A stretch of 64,000 bases of DNA from the NCBI GenBank assembly GCA_964502885.1, contig CAZCXU010000002.1, forward strand, positions 27,843 to 91,842. Direction: 5' to 3'. Made by a program: the position numbers and the translations under genes. Position 1 is the first letter of the stretch, and every line of letters begins with the position of its first letter. Below are positions 9,493 through 20,497 of this stretch, piece by piece. The notes under the pieces are model-generated. The model worked only from the letters and a program-made list of their open reading frames with translations. It was not told where the DNA came from and ran no database searches. The DNA comes from an uncultured Gammaproteobacteria bacterium (GTDB lineage: Bacteria; Patescibacteriota; Microgenomatia; CAZETR01; Amesbacteraceae).

Positions 9493-9945
9493 ATGAAAGA
9501 CGTGAAGCCAGCGGTCGCAGCCATATTAATAGTGATGGGTGCGATAGTCGGATTTGGAGGAGGGATGTGGTACCAGAAGTCGAGGAATCCGATGCGGTCA
9601 GGGTTTCAGATGAGCGCCGGTAATCGATTTGGTGCGATTGGCGAAGGAATACAAAGACGGGCAATGTCGGGGTTCAATGGCGGTGGAATGGTGGTGGGTG
9701 AAGTAGCTGACAAAGACGGTGAATCATTGACAATTAGGACTATCGACGGCAGCTCAAAAATTATCCTGATAAATTCTTCCACTCAATATCGAAAATCAGC
9801 CGACGCAACCAGTGACGATATAAAAAAAGGAGACACGGTAGCAATTTCCGGAACAAATAATCAGGATGGCAGCATTACAGCCTCCAACGTGCAGCTTAAC
9901 CCCGGGTATGGTGTGAAAGTGACTGGTGTGCCCACGGAAAAATAA
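9493..9945 (+). CDS. Hypothetical membrane-anchored protein with beta-rich (OB-fold/BOF-like) C-terminal domain
   Basis: An N-terminal TM (AVAAILIVMGAIVGFGGG) is followed by a C-terminal GEVADKDGESLTIRTIDGSSKIILINSST...GDTVAISGT pattern reminiscent of periplasmic OB-fold proteins. No catalytic motif is visible. Confidence 0.45.
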   Translation: MKDVKPAVAAILIVMGAIVGFGGGMWYQKSRNPMRSGFQMSAGNRFGAIGEGIQRRAMSGFNGGGMVVGEVADKDGESLTIRTIDGSSKIILINSSTQYRKSADATSDDIKKGDTVAISGTNNQDGSITASNVQLNPGYGVKVTGVPTEK

Positions 9946-9978
9946 TCGGGAGTAAGCCGCTTTGACGAGTGATGCTAT

Positions 9979-11121
9979 TTGTGGAAAAATGTGTACATGA
10001 GAGAAGAAGGAAGAGAATTTTCAAGTATGACGGGGGGGATAAAAATTGAACTTGGCGATCACCCAGACAGCGCCACTGATTACCAAAAACTGGGGAGGAA
10101 TTTTTTTGGTGGAGATTTGTCGGTTAATGCATGGAATCCGGAAGTAGGTAAAAGGGTGGCAGTATATAAACCGGATACCCTTGCGCTCGATGGACAGCCA
10201 CGGACATGGGGAGAAAATGATTTTTCTCGGATTGAAAAGGCAGAGATATGGATACGTTTGCCGTCGAGAGTTGCGACGCTGAGACCGAAAGATTGTACCA
10301 TTCAGATCGTATGTGGGGATGTGGCATTTACAAATACCCCAGTAATTACCTCCCCTGATGTTGACCCTAATAAATACGATCAAGTTCGATATGGAGAACG
10401 AGATTTTCAACAAAAAATGACAGCAATAGCAAAGTTATCAGCAAATGTCGGCGCATTACTCGTAGCAGCGGGAACAACGATTGGTGAAAATACGGATAGC
10501 CGGGGGGAAAAGTCACGGGGGTTGACGAGAAGGCAGTTTCTGAGAAGAGCAGCTTTGACCGTGGCCGGAGTCATATCCACAAATTTGATGGCAGGATGGA
10601 CGCGAAGGGAGTTGCAAAAAATGGCTGCGAAAGGAGAAGACGCATCGGAGGCTGACGCGGCAATAGATGGCGCCGATTTCCTTTCCAAATTTACACCCTG
10701 GAACGAATATGTGGACGGGAGGACGGCACTTTTGATTGCAAAAACCAGAGAAGTATCCAATAATGCGGCCATTCTCCTCGGGTATAGCCATGGAACACGA
10801 CTGCGGGAACTCCTATCTTCAGCACAAACCAGGGGGAAACTTATAGCGGGACTGGCAACTTACGAACTGGACCTTATGGATAGGATCATTGATGAATATT
10901 TTCCGGGTGCAGATAAAGTCGAGGCTGCAGACAAGATGCGACTGTTAATTACCACCACGCAAGTGGCCGAAGTCAAAGACGTAGAGAATGAACTGCGTTC
11001 AGGCGATCCATTGGGATATGTGGATAGACATGTCAGACTAATTAGCACCCAGATCTGCAAAGAGGCGGAAGATGCAGTCAAGCCTGTTTTTGAAGCATAC
11101 AAAGAAAAGGTCCAGCAGTGA
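9979..11121 (+). CDS. Hypothetical protein, possibly two fused modules. The second half begins with a twin-arginine-like motif
   Basis: TTG start in the track, with ATG options at 9997 and 10417. There is an internal SRGLTRRQFLRRAALTVAGVIS stretch that looks like a Tat/signal peptide near residue ~180. No recognisable catalytic domain. Confidence 0.4.
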   Translation: MWKNVYMREEGREFSSMTGGIKIELGDHPDSATDYQKLGRNFFGGDLSVNAWNPEVGKRVAVYKPDTLALDGQPRTWGENDFSRIEKAEIWIRLPSRVATLRPKDCTIQIVCGDVAFTNTPVITSPDVDPNKYDQVRYGERDFQQKMTAIAKLSANVGALLVAAGTTIGENTDSRGEKSRGLTRRQFLRRAALTVAGVISTNLMAGWTRRELQKMAAKGEDASEADAAIDGADFLSKFTPWNEYVDGRTALLIAKTREVSNNAAILLGYSHGTRLRELLSSAQTRGKLIAGLATYELDLMDRIIDEYFPGADKVEAADKMRLLITTTQVAEVKDVENELRSGDPLGYVDRHVRLISTQICKEAEDAVKPVFEAYKEKVQQ

Positions 11122-11150
11122 TTTGCGGTATTTGACAAATATATGCAACG

Positions 11151-13187
11151 TCATTCGTAACGGAGGGCGTTGAGAGCAGAGATTTTGGTTGCCCGATGAG
11201 CAGGATATATGCCGGTGAGCAGTCCGACGACCAGAGAGAGCCCGATGACTATGAGTATGAATGCGGGAGGCACATGGGAGATATCAATAAACCCAACCCC
11301 CTTGAAAACGGCGAATGCCGAAAGCAGTACTCCCAACAACTTGCCCATAGTAAAGCCGATTAACACTCCGATAGCGCCGCCAAAAAAGCCCATTATCATG
11401 GATTCGGTGAGAAACAATTCCCGAACTTCATCCGATTTCATGCCAATTGCTTTCATGAGCCCCACTTCCCTGGTTCTTTCCAGCAATGAAACAGTAAGAG
11501 TATTGAACATACCCAATGATGCAACTGCCAAAGCTACCATGCCCAGCAAGGCAAGAATGGTCCTAATTGTCGCAAAGAGATTGTTGACCTGTTCGACAGT
11601 ATCTGCGACCGACCGAGTGGTGAAACCCAGATTTTCCACTGATTTACGGATTTTATCCAGATTTCCAGGAGATTTGGCAGCAAGTTTCAGTTGGCTGAAG
11701 TTGATAATGCCAGCCCCCCGAAGATCGATAAAAGGGACGTACATTATGGGAGATCTATCCTCCGGAATTACCCCGACTATTTTGTACTCAGCGGGAATGG
11801 TCTCAATTTTGGCTTGATCTTCCCCCGTGAGATTACCCACAATCACAAATGTGGTTGAGATGGTTTTTCCGATGGCTTCAGCGTCTTTGAGACCCAACAC
11901 CTTTACCATAGCTCTACTGACAACCGCTTCCCGCAGCGACTTATCGGATAATGGCACTTGCTTTACCGGAGCAACTGCGGATTGAGCGGAAACACTGGCA
12001 ATCTCCACCCAATCTCCATCCTCAATAATTCCGGATTCGGTCGCAAGAACTTCAGGGTTAAGTATTCCATCCGCACTGATGCCCAGAACTGATGAAGCTG
12101 GAGAAACCTGAACGTTTAATTGGGCGATATAACCACCTTTCACAACCTGCTCCCCCTCCTCTGTGACTTTCTGATATCTGCCATCTTCACACTCCGGCAA
12201 ACTGGGGTCGCACGCCCCCAGTTTCCATAATGGGAAATCGGAGTTAATCCAAGGCATCAGGAGATCTCCCCGACTATCGGCTGCCTGCGGCAAATCGTCT
12301 GACCCCGCATAAGAACTACCCCATACTTCTTTGCCCCGTAATTCACCGAAGTTCCTTTTTGTGTAACCTAAAATGGTGGATTTGGTACTGGGTCCTTGCC
12401 GAACACGCACCCATTCATCCGGTTCGATAGAATAATTGACGTCTCTGGAAAAACTGCCAAATTCCGCAGATAGACGCTCGCTGCTCATACCAGCTACACG
12501 ATCATCCGAAGGGATAGATGAGATAGAGAGGTCATTGTTTTCAAACACTGCACCCTCAACCGGTTTTATGGCCGACTGTTTGAGATAGTCAGAGGTAATA
12601 CCATAAACGGCTATGTCGGTGATTGAATTTTGGTAATTTATCCTTCCAACTACAGAGATAACTGGCAGGACAGACTCGACTGAATCGATGTTTTTGATAT
12701 CGTTGATGATTTTGTCATTTATTTTGACTTTGCTCCCAGTCTGCGGGCTGACGTCAGCCTGGCGGATTTCTTCAAGCCGAGCGATGCGGGTAACCACTAA
12801 ATTCTGCAAACCATAGCCCAAAGACACCAGAAAAACTATTGCTCCGATGCCAATAGTCATGCCCCCGATAGTAATCATGGTGCGGGTACGTTTGGCGCTC
12901 ATATTGCGAAGAGATAGTTCAATTAAATGAACACGAGAAATTGATCCTGCTCTACCACGATCGACGAATGACACACATCTGTTGAGGAAATTTTCCGAGG
13001 ACTTTGTCCAATTGTCGCGTACAGATACCGGAATCAGGCGAAGGCGTAGAATCCTGGAAAGAGCCTGTGTACTCATATAAACCGTCAGCAACAACATGAA
13101 GGAAAGGGTGGCCGAAGTCGATGATCCAACGCTTGTCCACAACCTGCGTGAGCCAATATTTTTAAATTTACTCAGTAATCTGAACAT
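11151..13187 (-). CDS. ABC transporter permease, FtsX/MacB family with very large (~450-aa) extracytoplasmic domain
   Basis: N-terminal motif LSLRNMSAKRTRTMITIGGMTIGIG and C-terminal FtsX bundle LLERTREVGLMKAIGM...IYPAHRATKISALNALRYE. ATG 13187 overlaps the upstream ATPase by 20 nt. An alternative start is ATG 12902. Confidence 0.8.
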   Translation of the reverse strand: MFRLLSKFKNIGSRRLWTSVGSSTSATLSFMLLLTVYMSTQALSRILRLRLIPVSVRDNWTKSSENFLNRCVSFVDRGRAGSISRVHLIELSLRNMSAKRTRTMITIGGMTIGIGAIVFLVSLGYGLQNLVVTRIARLEEIRQADVSPQTGSKVKINDKIINDIKNIDSVESVLPVISVVGRINYQNSITDIAVYGITSDYLKQSAIKPVEGAVFENNDLSISSIPSDDRVAGMSSERLSAEFGSFSRDVNYSIEPDEWVRVRQGPSTKSTILGYTKRNFGELRGKEVWGSSYAGSDDLPQAADSRGDLLMPWINSDFPLWKLGACDPSLPECEDGRYQKVTEEGEQVVKGGYIAQLNVQVSPASSVLGISADGILNPEVLATESGIIEDGDWVEIASVSAQSAVAPVKQVPLSDKSLREAVVSRAMVKVLGLKDAEAIGKTISTTFVIVGNLTGEDQAKIETIPAEYKIVGVIPEDRSPIMYVPFIDLRGAGIINFSQLKLAAKSPGNLDKIRKSVENLGFTTRSVADTVEQVNNLFATIRTILALLGMVALAVASLGMFNTLTVSLLERTREVGLMKAIGMKSDEVRELFLTESMIMGFFGGAIGVLIGFTMGKLLGVLLSAFAVFKGVGFIDISHVPPAFILIVIGLSLVVGLLTGIYPAHRATKISALNALRYE

Positions 13188-13921
13188 TACGCTTGCCTTT
13201 CATATTTGAAAATAACTTGTCCTTACTTTTTTCATCATACATACCCATTAATTTTCCATCGAAAATATGAATGGCAGACTGGGCATACTTGATATAGTCC
13301 AAATCGTGGGTGACCATGACGACAGTTTTCCCCTGTTTTAGACTCATGTCACGAAGCATCTGCATGAGCATTTGTCCCCCTTCATAATCCAAATTTCCGG
13401 TGGGTTCGTCGGCGATAATTATTTCAGGGTCGGTGACTAGAGCTCTGGCCAAAGCTATACGTTGCTGCTGTCCACTGGAAAGATCGGTGGGGCGGTAATT
13501 GGCCCATTCCAACATACCTACCTGCTTGAGAACTTCAGAGGCCCGGGCAGTGGTGATATCTTTTGCCTTACCCAAAAGCAGCATGGGAAAGCCGACATTT
13601 TCGATAACGGTCAGCGATTTAATCCAATTAGGCTGCTGATACACCATGCCGATGTGAGATTTACGAAAAGCGCTGCGCGCATCTTCGTTTGGCAGAGAGT
13701 ACAATTCCTGACCCAATATATTTACGCTTCCGGAAGTGGGAGGTTCCAGTCCAAGAATAATGTGCAGAAGAGTAGACTTGCCACATCCTGAAGGCCCGAA
13801 GATGACCACAAAATCACCCTTGGTAATCGATATTGATATTCCCTTGAGAATATGAATATCCTGGCTACCTACATGAAATTTTTTTTCGATGTCTGTAGTG
13901 GAAATGATTGATTGTCCCATA
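13168..13921 (-). CDS. ABC transporter ATP-binding protein (MacB-type NBD)
   Basis: Walker A GPSGCGKST, LSSGQQQRIALARAL, Walker B IIIADEPTGNLD and VMVTHD. The start ATG 13921 lies 4 nt after the stop of the giant upstream gene. Confidence 0.9.
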
Positions 13922-13925
13922 TATT

Positions 13926-16900
13926 TAACGACCAATTTGCCCCAGGAAACCAAATGCCTCCTGAAGACTACCTACAACTAAGTTAAGAGCATCGTCTGTG
14001 GCCTTGGGAGTAATAGTGACGGTATCTACTGAATAGGCGATGTTCTGAGCCTTATCTTTTGATACGGCACGGAAGTGGTAGACCTTTGATGGAGACAGAC
14101 CGGAAATTATCACCAGGTGGTTGAGTGTCATATTGGTATCTTCCTGAGTCTTTTGGCTATAAGTAGTTCCGGAACCTTCACCAAACTCCACCTGTGAAGT
14201 TGTCAATTCGTCAGTATTCCAGGAAACAACGATTTGGGCGGTCTGGTCAGACTTATTGCCGGAGTTTGTGACTATAGACCCTTCCGCCTGAAGGTCGGAA
14301 ATTAGCGCCGGACGTGTATCTGTGGCGGTATCGAATTTTTGCGGATCAGATACAGCTTCATTCCCGGCTTTGTCACGACCTTTGACGACCAGAGTGTAGG
14401 GAGTTTCGGACTGGAGGTTTTTGATAAGAATGCGATGCAGGCCCTTTACCAGGGTAACGTTTACCTCATCTTTGGCATCGGATGGTTTTCCTGAGGGATA
14501 GTAGGTGACGATGGAACTAACTTCGGTATTGGTTTCCCAACTCACCAGCACAGTCGGCTGGGCAGTGCCTTTTACCTGCTGGATACGAACGGTGGCAATC
14601 TTTGGACGCGGCAGGGTAGAAAAGCTTAGGATAGTCCCCTCGTATTCAGCTGACTCACTGTCAAAAGTATTAATCTTGTAGTAGTACTTTGTGCCGTCTT
14701 CCAAACCTGTCAGCTCCTGAGTGTAGGTGGACTCCGATGTAGAAGTGGAAATAGTGGCTACCCCACCAAAGGCCGTGGTCTTGCCATAATAAATCTTGGC
14801 GCTCGATGCGCCGGTAGTCGTGAACTGGACGTAAGCTGAGGTCAGGCCGGCAGTTTTTATAGCAGCATCTTTGACGGTGGGAGCGGCAGTCGTCGTGAAA
14901 CTTTTCTCTTCGGAGGTGCCTGTATTACCATCTTCGTCCGTCCACTTGGCTTTGTAATAGTAGGTTGTGCCGGGCGAAAGATTGGTCAAGGCAATGGTGT
15001 GACTGGCGACCTGGCTGGAATTACTCGGCTCGACTGACCCATACGAACCGGCGGATGTGCCGAATTGAATTTTTGAATCACAAGTGCGATCGGTAGTCCA
15101 GGTAATAGTGGCCTTTTTGGTAGTTATTGATCCGGCAGTCGGACCGGAAGTGAGCGAAGCTGCTGTAGTGTATTTTCCGGTAGGTGTTTCAGAGACCGAA
15201 CTGGACAAGGCACCGCAATTGTCTGCATCATCGCAAGCCTTTACTTTATAGTAATACTCGATTTGAGACAATCCGGTATCGACATAGGCTGTGCCAGTCG
15301 TAGACCCCTGGTAGGTATATGTCGAATCATTTGTGGAGCGATAGACCTTGTAAGCCGAAATACCGGAACCAACTGATGATGGGGCAGCCCATGAAACCGT
15401 AAGTCTCCAAGTAGAACTGTTTTTTATGGATATATCAGAAACTTCCAAACTGAGAGGTATGCCCGGAGCAGATGTATTGGCTGAAAATGACTGACTGCGG
15501 GCGTTGGCGTAGTCGATAGTACCTCCGTAGATGTCCGGATTTTTGGCGACCACCCAAAAGGTATTGTTTTGCATGGTAGCAAAATTGTCCGGTCCGACCG
15601 CGGTAACTCCGGCGGCAGTCCAGTTGCAGTGTTCGGCAGCATTTTCCGCAGTCGGCTGGCGATTAACCATGTAGCAATAACGAAGTTCTGATGACGCCCC
15701 AAGGTAACTACCAGAATCTGGCGCGTTCCAAGTGAAAGTAAATTCATTGACCGACTTAGTCTCATCGTCCACCGCAAGATTGTTTACCGGCCCAGGACCG
15801 GAACCGGCATAATAAAAAGTGACATAGCTTGGTGAAGCGGTAGCGTTGCCGGCATTATCGATGGCCCGAACATAGAATCTATTGGCCCCGCTGGTATAGG
15901 CGATATCGGTCAGAGAAATTGATGTTGAAGTGGTGGTAGAAGACCAGTCTGCCAATTCCGCCGAAGATGTGGCGGCATATTGGTATCCGGCAAGACTGGA
16001 ATCTGAGTCTGAAATTGCAGTCCAACTAAAACTGAATGAGTTTTGGCTGGTGTAGACTTCGGGGGAAACCGAAATTACGGGAGCTCCGGGAGCCGTGCCA
16101 TCGTACTTGTAAGTAAAAGCATCCGTGGTCTGACTTTTGTTGCCGGCGTTATCCAGCGCCTTGATTAATAAATGCAACTCCCCTGACTGGGTGGCAGTTA
16201 CTGAATAAGTAGTGCCGGCCTGAAAAGCCCCGTCGGTTTCCGGATCCGGATTTGAGTCCGTGAGACCAAAATAGACATAGTAACCAGACACACCAGCTCC
16301 GGTATCAGTGGAACCGTCCCACGAGAAGTAAAGCCGATTTTCGCCATACCACTGGGTATCCCCGCCGGTAATGATATCCCCTGAAGCATTGAGGACACGG
16401 GCTTCGGCTGTATCAGGGTCAGAGGGAGGGGTTGTATCGGTAGTACCATCGACACGGAGAGAATTGATCTGGACCTGCTGTGTACCATCCCCGGAAAGAA
16501 CTGCCCGCCAGAGGATCCCGTTTGAATTGACAGGGAATGAGGAAATATTTGAATTGATGTCTGATACTGAACTGGATTCGCCCAGGGAACTGCAAGCGGT
16601 GGTTGTCCAGGCAGAGTTGTACCAATACTTCCAGGTGGTTCCATTGTCGCTGGATATACAGTATTTAATAGTCCCCACTGCCGATACATCGGCAGTAAAG
16701 CCGCTCCAATCGTCTATCTGGGTAGTCAAACGTTTGGTGACAGGCTGTAGAGTGACGGCTGATGATGAGTATGGAGCAAGAACGAAGGAACTAGGTGATC
16801 TGGCAGTACCAGATACTCGCAGTTCATCAATGACAGCATCCAGGAATCCCCGTCCCGACCAGGTCTGGGAGCTACCATAAGAAGTACCCACAAGAAGCGG

Positions 16901-19900
16901 TCGAGCGGAATTCTCTAATGTGATAGTGCCAGAATCGTTGTTTGTCTGGACGCTACCATCTATATACATAGAAGCAGATGTGCCATTGTAGACTACGGCA
17001 TAATGATGCCAATCAGTCGGAGATGAAATGGCGGAATCTGATTCAACATATAAATTGTCTCCATAAGACCAAACTGTAGTTTCTGTCTGGTTTGAATCTC
17101 CGGTACCGGCATATAACTTACCTTTGAAAGCAGTCAATCCGTAGACGGAGTTTATGTTATCAGTTTCCAACCAAGTGTTGTTGTCCAGACCATCACCTCC
17201 GACCTGAGTCCAGGAAGTGCCGTCAAACCGCCAAACTTCTCCCTCGGCGTCACCACTGGATAGCCCGGCAAAAAGATAGCCGTTGTAAACTGTCAGTGAA
17301 CGGACGATTTCATAATCGGCCCCCCAACCTCCATATCCGGAGTCAGCACCGAGTCCGGCCACCTGCGTCCATGCCGACCCATCGTATTTGTAAACTTTGG
17401 CGTCACCAGTCGAAGCGCCCAGGCCGGCATAGAGTTCGTTGTTGTACATGGCCAGCGAATAGACACCCTCGATACCATGAGTATTCCACCAGGAACCATT
17501 GGCTGGCGCGGAAGTGGCCCCGGCATTGGCGATCTGGGTCCAGGTACCGGCTGTTTTGTTGTAGCTCCAGACATCACCATCACCCGCCGAAATACCCAAT
17601 CCGGCATATAACGTACCCGCATCGCTGATCAAACTGAGTACCGACTCAATATTGTCCGCATCCTGCCAACCAGTAGCGAGGGCGGGAGATTTTCTACCGG
17701 CAATCTGAGACCAGGTGTCTGCGGTGCCGTCGTACTGATAAACTTTTCCATCATCTGTCGAAAGACCAAGACCAGCGTACAAGTAACTGGAGTCGGAGGA
17801 GAGGCTGTATATGGCTTCGATATTGTCGGCATCCACCCATGAACCAGTCTTGCCTGATCCGTGCCCGCCAATCTGCGACCAGGCTGACCCGCTGTATTTC
17901 CATACCTGGCCGTCGTCACTGTTGGTAGTGTTTCCAAGTCCGGCATAAAGATCGCCACGATAATCAACCAAGCTCTCAACGGTTTCAATGGTGTTGTAAG
18001 CCCAGCTACTGTTAGTCTGCTGACCTCCAACAAGAGACCAAGTGGACCCATCGTACTCCCAAACAGTGGAATCACCGGTACCGGAACCTGTACCGGCATA
18101 GAGTTTTCCTGCCCTGGTGCTAAGCGACATAACCCGATCAAGTCCGTTGTAGCCCCAACTACCGTACTTGTACTGTGTACCTACAAGCTCCCAGGAGCCA
18201 GTATATTTCCAAAGCTGGCCCAAACCAGCGCTATTTGTATAAACCCCCGCATAAAGAGTGGAACCATCGAGGAGCATTGACCTGACATAAAGGTAATTAG
18301 CTCCTGTCCAGGTGGAGTTGACACCATCTCCGCCCAGCTTGGTCCAGCCAGCTGTATTGTTACAAGTAGAAGCCAAATCACAACTCCAAACCTCGGCGTC
18401 ACCTCCACTATCTCCAAGGGCGACATACAATGTGTCCGATCCGGCCTGATCATCGACTGCCAATTTCCAGATGCGTTCGAATGCATTGTTCCAGGACTGA
18501 GGCGCTGTACCTGAACCCGTGTTGCCATCAACAAGCGCTGTCCCCCCCCAGGCATTGGCACCGGTGCAGTTGGATGTGTCGGTATAGTTGCAACTCCAAA
18601 CTTCGGCATCACCAGCGGAAGCACCCAATCCTGCCAGTAACTGAATATCCCCTGATGTGTCTGTGTAGCTGGTGATGGTCATAACAGCCTCATAAGCGCT
18701 GTTTGCCCAGCTGCCGAGCGTGCCATCGCCGCCGATTTTTGTCCATCCGGCAGTTCTGGTGCATCCCGAAGACGTATCACAAGCCCACAATTCCGCTTCG
18801 CCAGTCGTATTGCCAAGACCGACATGAATGCGGTCTCCAATGAAATGAATGGCCCAAACCTGATCGTATCCTGAGTTCCAGCTATAGCCAGCAGAGGCAC
18901 TTCCTGAGTCACCGCCAATTTGAGTCCAACCTGTAGTTTTTGTACAAGCCACAGAAAGATCGCAGGTCCAAAGATCTCCTTCTGAAGCCCCATTACCTGT
19001 GCCGACGTAGAGATTTGTTCCATTGACTGCCAGAGCTGTGATCATATTTATGCCGGTATTCCAGCTATAGCCTGCGGAAGTACTACCGGAGTCACCACCG
19101 ATCTGATTCCAGGAAGTCTCTGATGAGTCGTAGTACCAAAGATCGGCATCACCGTCGCCGTTGCCCATGCCGACAATGAGATCATCACCATAGGCAACCA
19201 TCTGGGTAACCTCGTCGTATTGGTTGTCCGGCCAGCTACTGTATAAGGAATTGCCGCCTATGCGGGTCCATGAGTTGGTACCATCGAAACGCCAGACTTC
19301 AGCATCACCATTTGAGTAACCAGTGCCGGCATAAATATATGAACCAACTTTTACCAGAGAACTGACGCTCATCTTTCCGTCGGCGTCCCAACTGAGGCCA
19401 ATTTCACCACCGGCCTTCTGCGCCCATGTCTGGGTGGTGTTTGGCATAGCCTCGTAAACCAACTTGCCGGTCTGATTGTCAAAGTACATTTTGTATTCGC
19501 CTTTGTCGAGAATGTATTGCCTGTCCGGGTGTGTCCCTGCCGAAAAAGAATTATTGAATTTGACCCAAGATTCAAGAGTGTGCGAGCTTGAATCAGAAAG
19601 CGAGACGGCGTTTCCAGTGTCCGGTACGGAAATGTATGTGGCGGAACCATCAAGCTTTAAAGCACCAACTCCGGTACCAGTACCATCCAGTTTACCGGAG
19701 GTCCAAAGAACAGAGGGCGTCGGATTCGGGAGATTAAGCGTCCCATGATTTGAGCCAGTACTGGAGTCAGTGACGGTGGTCCCGGAAAGATCATCAAAGT
19801 GGGCCAGAAATTTGGTATTTGCATCGGATGAGTAGTTTCTGACTTTGAGCCGTGCAGAGGAACCGGTAATTTCGATAAGACTTGAATCGGAAAGAGTGTA

Positions 19901-20089
19901 CTGGTCAGCAGAAACAAATGTCCATTGATAGTGGCCGGCGCCTGATGAGTCGGCCAGAATAGGAGCCACACGCAGAGTTGTAAAAGCACCGGTAAGAAAA
20001 CCTAAAGTGAATCCCAAGACCACCAGAAGATTGAACTGCCACCGCATAAAGGTGACATGGCTATTTATTTTTGGCAGGAAATATGACAT
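13926..20089 (-). CDS. Giant (~2,050-aa) cell-surface protein: signal/anchor, LamG (concanavalin-like) domain interrupted by ~16 beta-propeller-like repeats, then multiple fibronectin type III domains
   Basis: N-terminal TM LLVVLGFTLGFLTGAF. The first LamG half is ATYISVPDTGNAVSLSDSSSHTLESWVKF. There are ~16 repeats of ~50-55 aa with consensus LYAG(L/T)G..GDAEVW.YDGS.WTQIGG. The second LamG half is DWHHYAVVYNGTSASMYIDG...GFLDAVIDELRVS. The C-terminus has at least 5 Fn3-like modules (YKVYRS...YYYKVKA; TYYYKAKWTDEDGN; TKYYYKINTFD; TPYTLVVKGRDKAGN; KVYHFRAVSKD). Confidence 0.85.
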
Positions 20090-20284
20090 GAAAATGGCTT
20101 TTAAATCCGGTTTACTGACAATTTTTACACTTAGGCCACGCAGCAATCTCCAATGAAGTGGCTTTCTTATGTATGGTAACTATATCCCGCAGAGATAATT
20201 CCTGTAAATAAGGTGTTATCGCCAGTTTTTTTTAAATTCGATTAGATAACCTGCCGGATATCCATTCATGATATTCTGATAGTG

Positions 20285-20461
20285 ATGTTTGCAAGCATTG
20301 TGTATAACTTACTGTTAACCGTAGTTTTCGGCTGGCTGAATACCTGGGCCGCAGCGACAGGGCTGGAAGAGACATTTGTGACCCTGGCGATAATGTACGG
20401 AGTGTTTGGAATAGGCGGGAATGCAATGATCACAACATGGCTTATGAGAAAACGTAAATAA
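20285..20461 (+). CDS. Possible small (58-aa) two-TM membrane protein, not in the ORF track
   Basis: ATG 20285 to TAA 20461 gives MFASIVYNLLLTVVFGWLNTWAAATGLEETFVTLAIMYGVFGIGGNAMITTWLMRKRK. It sits 20-35 nt upstream of the flavodoxin gene on the same strand, in an otherwise empty divergent region. Confidence 0.3.
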   Translation: MFASIVYNLLLTVVFGWLNTWAAATGLEETFVTLAIMYGVFGIGGNAMITTWLMRKRK

Positions 20462-20497
20462 ACTCGTTTTTGGTCTTTTATGTATAATCTGCGAACG

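Noticed and set aside
12902-13187. Whether the large FtsX permease starts at ATG 13187 or ATG 12902
   Set aside because: This is left unresolved rather than rejected. 13187 gives translational coupling with the ATPase but adds a 95-aa non-canonical N-terminal extension. 12902 gives a canonical FtsX N-terminus but leaves a 266-nt gap. The feature is reported with the longer coordinates.
14000-20000. Numerous 60-170-aa ORFs on the plus strand and in other minus frames inside the giant gene (for example 15424..15777, 16198..16689, 16371..16880, 17293..17628, 17629..18141, 18181..18624, 18679..19023, 19369..19989)
   Set aside because: They are antisense or alternate-frame shadows of a continuous 6.2-kb ORF with coherent domain structure. 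They have Pro/Arg/Cys-rich nonsense composition and no RBS or motifs.
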